Assembly (NCBI RefSeq): GCF_000143415.4
Contig: NW_003314289.1
Location: forward strand, 1,202,652-1,228,686
DNA from: Selaginella moellendorffii
Lineage: Eukaryota > Plantae > Lycopodiophyta
Length of the DNA stretch: 26,035 nucleotides
Reading direction: 5' to 3'
Each line of letters opens with the position of its first letter. The first letter of the stretch is position 1. Made by a program: the position numbers and the translations under genes. Below the pieces are notes generated by a model. It worked only from the letters and a program-made list of their open reading frames with translations, made no database searches and was not told the origin of the DNA. Below are positions 1 through 10,485 of this stretch, piece by piece.

Positions 1-278
1 TGAGTAGTAAGATGAAGATAAAGAAGGTATCTCTAACAGTTTAGCAAGAACTAAACTAATAAAAAAAGAGAACCACCACAAGTGGTCGAATGAGTCTCTA
101 AGTTGGAGAAACTATGCTCCTTAGAAAATGAGCAAGGCATGGTGAGCCTTTGGTATCAAACCATTGACAAATATTAGCAAGGGGCCAAGGATGGAAAGGG
201 TAATACATGCTGGTATTACTTTATAAAATAGTATATCATTCGATGAGGACATTGAACTTCATCTATGGGTGGTAGAGT
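1..278 (+). mobile_element. 3' internal region and PPT of the outer (host) copy of a non-autonomous gypsy-like LTR family
   Basis: Collinear with about 6522-6802, the region upstream of the inner element's 3' LTR. Ends in purine-rich GGGTGGTAGAGT just before TGT at 279. Confidence 0.8.
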
Positions 279-1090
279 TGTCAGACACAAATCCCTAAGC
301 CCCAAAGTGGAGCCGAAAGGGCACCACGTGGTGGTGGCCGAAGCGAAAGCCAAACGAGGGTAACACGTTTGGATTAAAAGCTCCGACTTGAAAGGTTGAG
401 AGTGGGAGTGGAACTCCCAACAAAGTGCTCGAAAAACAAGCACGAAGTGAGCAATAAGTGAGTCTCTAGAAAAGGGACAAGAGGACCAACACATAACACG
501 TGGAAGAGTCCGAGATGGACCCGAGATGGACCCAAGATGGAGTCCAAGATGGACCCGAGATGGACCCAAGATGGAGTCCGAGATGGATCCAAGATAAAGT
601 CTGAGATGGAGTCCGAGATGGACCCAAGATGGAGTCTGAGATGGACCCAAGATGGAGTCTGAGATAGACCCAAGATGGAGTTTGAGATGGAGTCCGAGAT
701 GGACCCAAGATGGACCCGAGATGGACCCAAGATGGACCTGAGATGGAGTCTGAGATGGACCCAAGATGGACCCGAGATGAAGTCCGAGATGGACCCTAGA
801 CGGAGTCTGAGATGGACCCCAGATGGACCCAAGATGGACCCGAGATGGAGTTCAAGATGGAGTCTGAGATGGACTCGAGATGGAGTTTGAGATGGACTCG
901 AGATGGCATCTGATGTCGAGATTGAGACCAAGACCAAGACAAAGACCAAGATCGGGACTGGGACCGAGGTCGAGGCTGAGACTAAGCCCGAGCTCGAGCC
1001 CAAGCCCGAGTCCGAGTCTAAGGGTAAAAGCCCAAAGCGTTCATCTCTCAGACCCTGGTGAGCTCCAAAAGTATAGTAGGGGGAGGACTC
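279..1090 (+). mobile_element. Outer element 3' LTR, left part (interrupted by nested insertion)
   Basis: Starts TGTCAGACAC, is homologous to 1091-1873 and 6803-7509, and ends at GACTC (1086-1090). Confidence 0.85.
505..1020 (+). repeat. Tandem array of 11/12-mers GAGATGGA(G)YCC followed by GAGNCC hexamers (in LTR)
   Basis: Periodicity directly visible; it generates the low-complexity ORFs in the track. Confidence 0.95.
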
Positions 1091-2770
1091 TATGAGACAC
1101 AAAATCCCTAGGCCCCAAAGTGGAGCCGAAAGGGTGCCACGTGGTAGTGGCCGAAGCGAAAGCCAAACAAGCGTAACACTTTTGGACTAAAAGCTCAAAC
1201 TTGAAAGGTCGAGAGCGGGAGTGGAACTCCCAATGAAGTGCTCAAAGAAAGAGCGTGAAACAAGCAATAAGTGAGCCTCTAGAAAAGGGACACAAGAGGA
1301 CCAACACATGACATGTGGCAGAGTCCGAGATGGACTTGAGATGGAGTCCGAGATGGACCCGAGATGGACCCGAGATGGAGTTCGAGATGGAGTCCAAGAT
1401 GGAGTCCAAGATGGACTCGAGATAGACCCGAGATGGAGTCCGAGATGGACCCAAGATGGAGTCCGAGATGGAGTCCGAGATGGACCCGAGATGGACCCGA
1501 GATAGAGTCCGAGATGGACCCGAAATGAAGTCCGAAATAGACCTGAGATGGAGTCCGAGATGGACCCGAGATGGAGTCCGAGATGGACCCGAGGTGGAGT
1601 CTGAGATGGACCAAGACGGAGTCCGAGATGGACCTGAGATGGAATCCGAGATGGAGTCCGAGAAGGACCTGAGATGGAGTCCGAGGTCAAGACCGAGACT
1701 GGGACCGAGACTGAGATCGGGACCGAGATCGAGACCGAGGCCGAGGCTGAGACCGAGCCTGAGCCTGAGTCCGAGTCCGAGTCCGAGTCTAAGAGGGTCA
1801 AAGCCCAAAGCATTTGTCTCCCAAACCCTGGGGGTTTTGGTGAGCTCCAAAAGTATAGTAAGGGGGAGGACTACAGTGGAGCCAGTTTGGCCAGGAAAGG
1901 CCAGTTTGGCCCAAGAAAGCTATACCCAGTGTTGGGTGATGAGCTGCTCACTGGGAAGTCCAAAACTAGAGTGAACACGAACTGACAAACGGGGTAGCTT
2001 GGTGAAGTGTTCAAGAGCCGGCTCTAGTTCCCCCGGGAGATCGACTTGCTCCCAGTCCAAGTGTGGGTGGCACTACCTACTTGGATACTTGGTGTGGCTC
2101 AACGGAACCTTGCACTAAGCCCATGGCTAGAGCACCTAAAGGTAGAAGGCAAGGAGAGTACCCACGAGGCCCACGGTGTTCCGAAATATTGTCCCAAAGT
2201 CCCAAACTATGGAAAGGAAGAGGGATAGCCCTCTGGTGTTGACCAAGAACACAATCACACAGTGAGGAAGTCCTAGAGGATAGTGGGATTTAATGGTCAG
2301 GACCGTGGGCCTTGATTCAGTGACAGTGTTGGCAAATATGGCCAATGACAGAAAGGGACTTGGTAGGGACCGGAACGGAGATATTGGGGAAGGCTATTCC
2401 CCATGTCTGTGGGCATCTTAAAGATGCTAAGGAGTGGATTTGGGGTGCCCACTCATGGACAAATAGCCCAGTCTTGGAGAGACGGGATTGCAATGTAGGT
2501 GGTGTTAGACCACCGATGTGACCAAGGTGAGTGGGTGTGGCCTAGCGTAACAAACTGATATGTCAGTGGTACCTTGGGGTGTTGGTCATGGGATCGGACA
2601 CGTTGAGCACTTGGACCAAGTGCAAAGGTTGAGTGGCATGGATGCCATTCTTGGGGCTAGCAAACCCCAAGTCCTAACTGGGACTTATGGAGGTTGTGAA
2701 TGAGACTCCTCCAAGTGGTCGGATGTGCAGTTAAATGACTAAAGTAAAATGGAAAAATTAATCGCTTACA
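1091..2770 (+). repeat. 5' LTR of nested element
   Basis: Direct repeat of 6803-8204 (about 90% identical by eye, mostly transitions), followed by the iMet PBS. Confidence 0.88.
1321..1790 (+). repeat. Same 11/12-mer plus hexamer tandem array in 5' LTR
   Basis: Periodicity directly visible. Confidence 0.95.
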
Positions 2771-2773
2771 ACT

Positions 2774-2785
2774 TGGTATCAGAGC
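2774..2785 (+). promoter_or_regulatory. Primer-binding site, tRNA-iMet
   Basis: TGGTATCAGAGC, 3 nt after the LTR end. Confidence 0.92.
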
Positions 2786-2879
2786 TGTTCCTTAGTCTGA
2801 CTCTTATTGGTGGCCAAGTATATCACCACTTGTATTGGAATTGGAAGGTCCTAAGTATGGCCTATCCTCGAGGAGTAGC

Positions 2880-3320
2880 ATGTCAAGAGGACATGGCTCT
2901 CCACTCAAGTTCATACGTGAACTTGTACGCAATGTGGTGGATGGAAAAGGCTAGTAAGGGAACGATTTTGGGATATTGGGAACAGTATAAAGGTTTCCTC
3001 AAAGAGTTGAGGATGTGATCCGGATGAGCGTTTGACGCAGCAAATGAGCTAATGTAGTTGTGGTAAACAACTATAGTTGGGATCACGGGAAAGAGGTAGA
3101 CTCCAAAATAATAAAGGAGTCACAAGATTACCCTTATGTAGTTGAGGCTGGTGCTCATAAGTTTGAGACCGCAATTGATGACTGTGGGAAGTCAAATACG
3201 GAAGAGGACACAAGTCCTTGAAATGGTAATCGAGGCTACCTTTAATAAATGTTGGAACAAAGGAGTTGGGGGTGTACTTAGAGGATGAGTTGGTATTCTC
3301 ATCACATGGACAAGTGGTCA
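2880..3320 (+). pseudogene. Highly decayed gag remnant
   Basis: Located just after the PBS. SSYVNLYAMWW...WEQYKGFLKELR resembles the retrotransposon gag A..WW...W..FK.EL pattern. Many stops. Confidence 0.4.
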
Positions 3321-4854
3321 TAAGGGGCAAAAGGTTGCCCTTAGAGAACAAAATCAAGTGTCGGAGTAACACTTGCAAAGATGGTCCTTGTGAGTAGGAC
3401 GTGAATACAAGGAGTTGTATTCCAGTGAGCTAGCACCTCAAAAGTAGGACCTCATGGGTCGTCGAATTAGCAAAGTCCAAAAGTCTAATGACTCTAATAG
3501 AGTCAAAGAATAATCTTAAGGGATTGATGGAAGCATTTGGACTAAGGTGTGTGGTGCCCCAAAAAGGATGGGGAGGATCTTGAGATCCAAGTATGAGAAC
3601 AGTGTGTGTCTCATTGATGGCAGAAGGTGCCATGCTAAAATCGTGAGAAGGAGTTTCCCAGAAGAAAACAACTTTGACGCAAAGTTGTGCATGGTGCAGT
3701 GCTAATGGATAATTGGCATAAAAGACAACCATATTGGTCTTGGCAAAAAGACCTAGACATAAGTAAAAAGTGTCATAAAGGTAAGCTTGTGGAGCCGATT
3801 GTGTGGAGACACTAAATGTGCCAAGGTGTGCTGCATTGAGGTCAAATTGGCGGGTTTATGAGAACCCCTTCCAAAGGAATCCCAATGGAAATGGGAATAG
3901 CATAGCCTAAGCTGGAAGGCATGCGGTTAGAGTGTGGTGACCCAGATAATGATGAAGGTGTGGAAGCACCAGCAATGAGTTGAAGGACTTGACAACTATG
4001 AGGCAACTAAACAAAAGGTGCAAAATAATTGGTTAAACTGGTAGAAGGTAACTACCTAAGACTTCTAATTGGGATAAAGAAGTTAGATATACCCTTATGA
4101 GGGATAAATTGCTTATGCTGCGAGATAGTAAGTCAATATCGTAAAGGGAATGCTCATTTCCAAATAAGCTATCATTGGGACACCTAAGCACTCTAGAACA
4201 CCAGAAGGTGGTGTTTGGTGTCATGAGGGCAATGGATAATGCCCAAGGGACAAAGTCCCTAGCAAATGAAGGATAAGAGGTGCTATCCAAATGTCTAAGG
4301 TTGTGGAGACGGGAGAAGTCCGTCTACCCAAATTGGACAAAGCCAAAGAGGGATTTTGGCAAGGTTAGTGATGGGCATATAAAGGCCCATAAGTAACAAC
4401 GGTAATCCCAGTGTGTGGAATTACAATGTGAGTATACCCAAATTGAAGAACCACTCCCTAGGCTGTCGAGTAGATTCATCCCTATGAATACTTACCAAGG
4501 CATGGTAGAAAGTGCAAAGTTATCTTTCTAGTTTAGAGGAGAATGACCAAAGGAAATGTATGAGGCCAAAAGGCAAGTAGTAAAGGGATAGAACTGAACC
4601 ATAGGAATTGACAGGCATGACCAAGGGTGGTTGGGAGTGGAAAATTAAGTGGGTGCTCAAGCATGTTATTACTAACGACTGGGATGCCATGGAGAGTTTA
4701 AAACATGGGATTGTCCATGTTAAACTATATGGCAATTAGAAAGCTTATGAAAGGAGAGACCTTAGCAAGCTAAGGAACAGAGTTCTTTGAACATTCCCCC
4801 TAGGTAGATAAATACTTAGACGTCCAAGTGTAAATGGTTTATAGAACGCGCGAA

Positions 4855-4881
4855 ATCAGAGTGGCGCAGCAGAAGCGTGGT
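4855..4881 (+). other. 5' fragment (acceptor strand and D-arm) of plant cytosolic tRNA-iMet embedded in the retroelement
   Basis: ATCAGAGTGGCGCAGCAGAAGCGTGGT versus plant tRNA-iMet 5' end as I recall it, ATCAGAGTGGCGCAGCGGAAGCGTGGT (26/27). No anticodon arm or 3' half follows. Confidence 0.8.
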
Positions 4882-5276
4882 CTTGAAACTTGCCGAGAGG
4901 CAAGGCTATCAAGGTGAGGGAAGTAATTCCCGAGTGTTCAAAGAAAGGGCTTTGATCGAAAGTCGATGGTTAAGGACTTTCACGCTTATGCATGAACTAT
5001 GTTACGGTGGTCGGATGACTTGCTAAGTGAGATTAGCAAGTCGAGGGAACAAATACCCTAGTTGAAGGAGCCAACTTCAAAGGGGTGGCCCATAGGGCCA
5101 AGCATGGAGGAGTCCATGCATGATCACAAACTTGTCAAGTGAGAGGAATTGGCAGTGCGGAGGAACTAGATTCCTAAGTTGTGATCTGTAGCGCGCTTTA
5201 AGTATATGTTGGTGCACCGATGTGGGGAGTCACGCCAGGATTTCTATGTGATGCCGTCCGTAAATGCATATACGGA

Positions 5277-5323
5277 GGTTGGGTTCGAGTCCCGACCCTC
5301 TAGTACTTGGGTTCGAATCCCAA
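5277..5323 (+). other. Two tandem tRNA T-arm / B-box-like hairpins
   Basis: GGTTGGG-TTCGAGT-CCCGACC (5277-5297) and TTGGG-TTCGAAT-CCCAA (5307-5323). Both match GGTTCGANTCC. Confidence 0.7.
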
Positions 5324-6802
5324 TTCACTAGGGCAAGGTGATAGTTTGGAATATGAGGACATTCTTTTTTTGGTGGTCATGGACTCTTAGTAAGGAGATT
5401 AGCTTGGGCACACCGCCAAGTGGGGGATGCCCCGGAGTCATGATACACGGTTAGATTGCTTAGTGTGAAAGCTCGGCATATCTAACTTGAATACTTTGGT
5501 GCAAGTGGCACCAAGGACGTAGTGAATGAGATGGGGACACCCAGTCTCAGTTGCTATGGACCCTTGGCCGGAAGGGCTAGCTTGGGTGCACCGCCAAGTG
5601 TGGGGGATGCCCTCGGGGTCATGGTGAACAACTTAAAGGTCTGGAAGACCTAGTACCTATTGGCAAACCTGTTAAGGTGCCAAGGTTAAATCACTAGGTG
5701 ATTTTATGGCTAAAATAAGGGCAAGGTTTAAAGGATAAAGTTCCAAGTTCAAAGTGTCCAATCAACACTTTGAACTTGGAATTATTGATGATGGTGTGGC
5801 TTGGTCAAGGTGACCAAGCGGGAAAAACACCTAAGGGAAATGAGCTATATCAATACGATGGCATAGTCAATCTGAGGAAAGTAGTCTCTATAAGGGATCC
5901 ATGGGAGGGTCTCAACGTTAAGTCGTGGATAGAGCCTATGGTGGAAAATGTTAAAGAGACGTACTAAAGGGTGAACACCCTCTGGACTTAGGAAAGTAAA
6001 GTGTTTGCTATGGAACCAAAGGGATACTTTGAGAATGGAAGTAGCAATCCCATGTTGCTGGGTGCAACAATCAAGGATAGGAGCAAAAGACTAGTGGCCA
6101 AAAAAAGAGCCATAGGAGTCATGGGAAAGAATCCAAATGGCAAAGTTAGGCCAAGAACAAAAAGATATTGAGGGCTAACGAATTGTGGGAAAGGCAATGT
6201 GTTCCCAAGGATGGATTCAATTGCTCCGATTTGGCGAAAGTGGAAGCTCCAAATGTGGGAGTGGTAAGGTAGCCAAATGATAGGGTTGTGGACAACCCTA
6301 GCACAAATCATGATCATTGGAACTTAGTGCTAAAGGTGGCACGAAATTGAAGAAGGGATGATAGTGTCCTCAAGTAGAGAACTTTCTAGGATGGGGAAGT
6401 GGAGTTGCACAATATGTGCAATGCAAGGTGTCGGAGACACCCAGGAAATTGACTTCGAGAAGTCAGAATTAAAAATTCCAAAGTGCAAGGGTTATATCGA
6501 TGGAAAGTGAGACTACTCGAGAATGAGTAGTGGGATTGAGTTAGAGAAGGTATCTCTAACAAGTTTAGCAAGAACTAAACCAATAAAAAGAGAGAACCAC
6601 CACAAGTGGTCAAATGAGTCTCTAAGTTGGAAACACTATGCTCCTTAGAAGGTGAACAAGGCATGGTGAGCCTTCGGTGTCAAACCATTGACAAATATTG
6701 GCGAGGTGCAAAAGATGGAAAGGGTAATACATGCTGGTATTACTTTATGAAATAGTCTATCGTTCGATGAGGGCATCGAACTTCGTCTATGGGTGGTGGA
6801 GT

Positions 6803-8204
6803 TGTGAGACACAAAATCCCTGGGCCCCAAAGTGGAGCCGAAAGGTGCCACGTGGTAGTGACTAAAGCGAAAGCCAAACAAGCGTAACACGTTTGGACTA
6901 AAAGCTCTGACTTGAAAGGTCGAGAGCGGGAGTGGAACTCCCAACGAAGTGCTCAAAGAACAACCATGAAACAAGCAATAAGTGAGCCTCTAGAAAAGGG
7001 ACACAAGAGGACCAACACATGACACGTGGCAGAGTCCGAGATGGACCTGAGATGGAGTCCGAAATGGACCCGAGATGGAGTCTGAGATGGAGTCTGAGAT
7101 GGAGTCCGAGATGGAGTCCAAGATGGAGTCCGAGATGGAATCCGCGATGGACCTGAGATGGACCCAAGATGGAGTCCGAGATGGACCTGAGATGGAGTCC
7201 AAGATGGAGTCCGAGATGGACCCGAGATGGAGTCCGAGATGGAGTCCGAGATGGACCGAGACGGAGTCCGAGATGGAATCCGAGATGGAGTCCGAGATGG
7301 ACCTGAGATGGAATCCAAGATGGAGTCCGAAAAGGACCCGAGATGGAGTCCGAGGTCGAGTCCGAGACTGGGACCAAGACTGAGATCGAGATCGAGACCG
7401 AGATCGGGACCGAGACCGAGACGAGGCCGAGGCTGAGACCTAGCCTTAGCCTAAGTCTGAGTCCAAGTCTGAGAGGGTGAAAGCCCAAAGCGTTCGTCTC
7501 CTAGACCCTCATATACCCGAACTGATCATCACAACGTAACACAATACTGAAATCTTTCTCTGGCCTGGAAATCAACCAAGCGTACCCACAAGGCCCACGT
7601 AGGGCCACAGTGTTCCGAAATGTTGTCCCAAAGTCCCAAACTGTGGAAAGGAAGAAGGATAGCCCTCTAGTGTTGACCAAGGACATAGTCACACAGTGAG
7701 GAAGTCCTAGAGGACAGTGGGAGTTAGTGGTCGAGACCATGGGCCTTGATACAGTGACAGTGTTGGCGAACACGGCCAAGGACAGAAAGGGACTTGGTAG
7801 GGACCAGAATGGAGATATTGGGGAAGGCTATTCCCCATGTCTGTGGGCATCTTAAGGATGCTAAAGAGTGGATCTAGGGTGCCCACTCATGGACGAATGG
7901 CCCAGTCTTGGAGAGACGGGATTGCAATGCAGGTGGTGTTAGACCACCGATGTGACCAAAGTGAATGGGTGTGGCCTAGCATAACGGGCTGATATGTCAA
8001 TGATACCTTGGGGTGTCGGTTATGGGATCGGACACGTTGAGCACTTGGACCAAGTGCAAAGGTTGAGTGGCATGGATGCCATTCTTGGGGCTAGCAAACC
8101 CCAAGTCCTAACTGGGACTTATGGAGGTTGTGAATGACACTCCTCCAAGTGGTCGGATGTGCAGTTAAGTGACTAAAGTAAAATGGAAAAATTAGTCACT
8201 TACA
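6803..8204 (+). repeat. 3' LTR of nested element
   Basis: TG...CA ends, preceded by PPT and followed by the TSD. Contains an internal deletion with filler at 7510-7581. Confidence 0.88.
7031..7470 (+). repeat. Same 11/12-mer plus hexamer tandem array in 3' LTR
   Basis: Periodicity directly visible. Confidence 0.95.
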
Positions 8205-8209
8205 GACTC

Positions 8210-9126
8210 CAGTGGAGCCAGTTTGGCCAGGAAAGGCTAGTTTGGCCCAGGAAGGATGTGCTCAGGTGTTGGGTGATGGGATAACCACTGGGAAGTTCAA
8301 GGCTAAAGTGATTATGGACTGACAAGTGGGGTAACTTGGTGAAGTGTTCAAGAGCCGCCTCTAGTTCCCTCGGGAGATCGAATGGCCGATGCTCCCAGTC
8401 TAAGTGTGGGTGGCACTACCTACTTGGATACCTAGTGTGGCTCAACAGAACCTTGCTCTAAGCCCATGGCTAGAGCACCAAAAGGCAGAAGGTGGGGAGA
8501 GTACCCATGAGGCTCGCGTAAGGCCACGGTGTTCCGAAATATTGTTCCAAAATCCCAAACTGTGAAAAGGAAAAGGAGCAATCCTCTAGTGTAGTGACTA
8601 AGGATATGGTCACATGGTGAGGAAGTCCCAAAGGACAATGGGACTTAGAGGTCGAGCCTACAGGCTTTATTCCAGTGGCAGTGTTAGCAAACATAGCCAT
8701 AGACAGAAAGGGACTTGGTGGGGACTGAAAAAGGGATATTGGGGAAGGTTGTTCCCCATATCTATGAACATCCTAAGGATGCTAAGGAGTGGATCTGGGA
8801 TGACCACTCATGGACGGATGGCCTAGTCTTGGAGAGATAGGACTATGATCCAGGTGGTATTGGACCACTAGTGCGGCAAAGGTGATGGGGTATGGCCTTA
8901 GCGTAACGGGTTAATATGTCAGTGGTACCTTTGAGTGTCAGTCATGGGATCGGACACATAGAGCACTTAGACCAAGTGCAAAGGTTGAGTGGCAAGGGTG
9001 CCATTCTCGGGGCTAGCAAACCCCAAGTCCGGAATAGAACTTATGGAGGTTGTGAGTGAAACTCTTCCAAGTAGTCAGAGGGGTGGTTAAGTGATTAAAG
9101 TGAAATGGAAAATTTAGTAGCTTACA
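8210..9126 (+). mobile_element. Outer element 3' LTR, right part
   Basis: Resumes CAGTGGAGCCAGTTTGGCC where 279-1090 was interrupted (compare 1869-1890) and ends CTTACA at 9126. Confidence 0.85.
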
Positions 9127-9750
9127 CAAGCAAAACTTTATGGGTATATACCCACTAAACTTGGGATTGCATATGGCCTCAAAGCCAAGAAAGTAGGAGA
9201 CTTGGACAAAGTCCTTCATCTAGAATTATTGGCTGAGAGAAGCTTTCGAAACAACAATGGCATTAGGGTCATCATTCACAATTAGCAAATCATTAATGTA
9301 AAGAGCCACAACAAATATAGTCCCAGATGACTTTTCGTATAGCATGGCAGCAATAAAAGCCTTGAGTACAAAAGGTAGCATCAAATTTTTGATACCAAAT
9401 GCATGAGCTTTTATATAAAACTATCCACAATTGCCATACAACTCCACTAAGGGCAATATTGTCCTAGAGGCATGTGCATGTATATATCCTTTTGCAAATC
9501 CTCATTCAAGAATGCCATCTTAACATTCATATAGTGGACTTGCTATTTACAAGCAGCCACAAGCACAAAAAGGGTATGGAGGCTGACCATTTTGACAACC
9601 AATGAAAATGTTATATCATAACCATATGCATATCTGATGAAGATGAATTTCTTTTTGGGATCTAACTTTTATCAAAGTTGATCAAGGATATGCACATAGA
9701 AAGTGGGACATATTAGGACTAGAGTCTATCCAAAATGCCTGCCATCTAAA

Positions 9751-9849
9751 GCAACCATGGCATGCAACAACTTGAGCAGCATGGCCATGTCCAAGAACCT
9801 TGTCCAACATGCTAGCTCCAAGCACATTGAAGTCCAATTTCACTACATG
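9751..9849 (+). pseudogene. Ty1/copia RNase H fragment
   Basis: Translates ATMACNNLSSMAMSKNLVQHASSKHIEVQFHYM, matching the copia CDN.SAI.L.KNPV.H.RTKHIEV..HF motif. Confidence 0.7.
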
Positions 9850-9980
9850 TGTGGCTAGTCGATGGCAGCACCCATCACCAAGCCATTGGAGCCACACTAG
9901 TTTCAGCTCCTGCATGACAGATTTGGTTTGGTGAGTGACACTCCTCACCAAGTAGAACCCGAGAAAGCACCGTCCAAGCA

Positions 9981-10374
9981 TGTTAGGCACCAGGTCAGGA
10001 TAATAGGATAAGGAAAGGGCTCTGCAATCAAGTGATCACCCCTTTAGCCAGTTGGCTTAGGGTGTAAGGGATAGGATCCTAACAATGGTATCGGAGCCCA
10101 GTTCGATTCTCGTGGCTGACGAGTGGGGCAGGAATATTCTGAAGGAATATTCAACATGGTGGATCTAGAGGGAGAACCAAGGTTTGGTAGACCCTAAGAG
10201 AAGGACCATGGTGACCGGATGGTGGCCTAAGTATGATCGCGGACGATCATTCCCTGACGAGGGGGAGGATTGTTAGGCACCAGGTCAGGATAATAGGATA
10301 AGGAAAGGGCCTTGCAATCAAGTGATCACCCCTTTAGCCAGTTGGCTTAGGGTGTAAGGGATAGGATCCTAACA
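9981..10374 (+). mobile_element. TRIM (terminal-repeat retrotransposon in miniature), 394 bp
   Basis: 104-bp LTRs at 9981-10084 and 10271-10374 (TGTTAGG...CCTAACA, 2 mismatches), PBS TGGTATCGGAGC 10086-10097, PPT GAGGGGGAGGAT 10259-10270, 186-bp non-coding interior. Confidence 0.93.
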
Positions 10375-10386
10375 ATGGTATCGGAG

Positions 10387-10485
10387 TCTCCACAGCTTCG
10401 TCGGCACCATCGTCGGCACCACCATCGATGATAGGATTCCAGCGTTCAGCTTGGTCGGCCATCGCAACCAATCCTCTGATACCAA
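10387..10485 (-). repeat. Extra copy of gypsy PBS and gag start beyond the 3' LTR
   Basis: Identical to 15070-15168. Confidence 0.93.

Larger units (their letters stand above)
1091..8204 (+). mobile_element. Full-length decayed non-autonomous Ty3/gypsy-type LTR retrotransposon (LARD-like), nested in a same-family LTR
   Basis: 5' LTR 1091-2770 (TATGAGACAC...TTACA), PBS TGGTATCAGAGC 2774-2785, PPT about 6790-6802, 3' LTR 6803-8204 (TGTGAGACAC...TTACA). TSD GACTC at 1086-1090 and 8205-8209. No long ORF. Confidence 0.9.

Noticed and set aside
505-1790. Possible CRISPR-like array
   Set aside because: Contiguous 11/12-mers with no unique spacers, in a eukaryotic LTR context.
216-1985. Long overlapping ORFs (GPSRTPS, MESE, HLGL repeats), also at 6898-7488
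   Set aside because: They are translations of the LTR tandem array in several frames on both strands, with no protein signal.
4855-5323. Intact or intron-split tRNA gene
   Set aside because: No anticodon arm or 3' acceptor strand. The T-loops are elongator-type (TTCG) rather than iMet-type (ATCG) and lie about 400 nt away.
9981-10374. Cassandra (5S-carrying TRIM) or hammerhead retrozyme
   Set aside because: No 5S A/C-box similarity and no CTGANGA...GAAA core seen.
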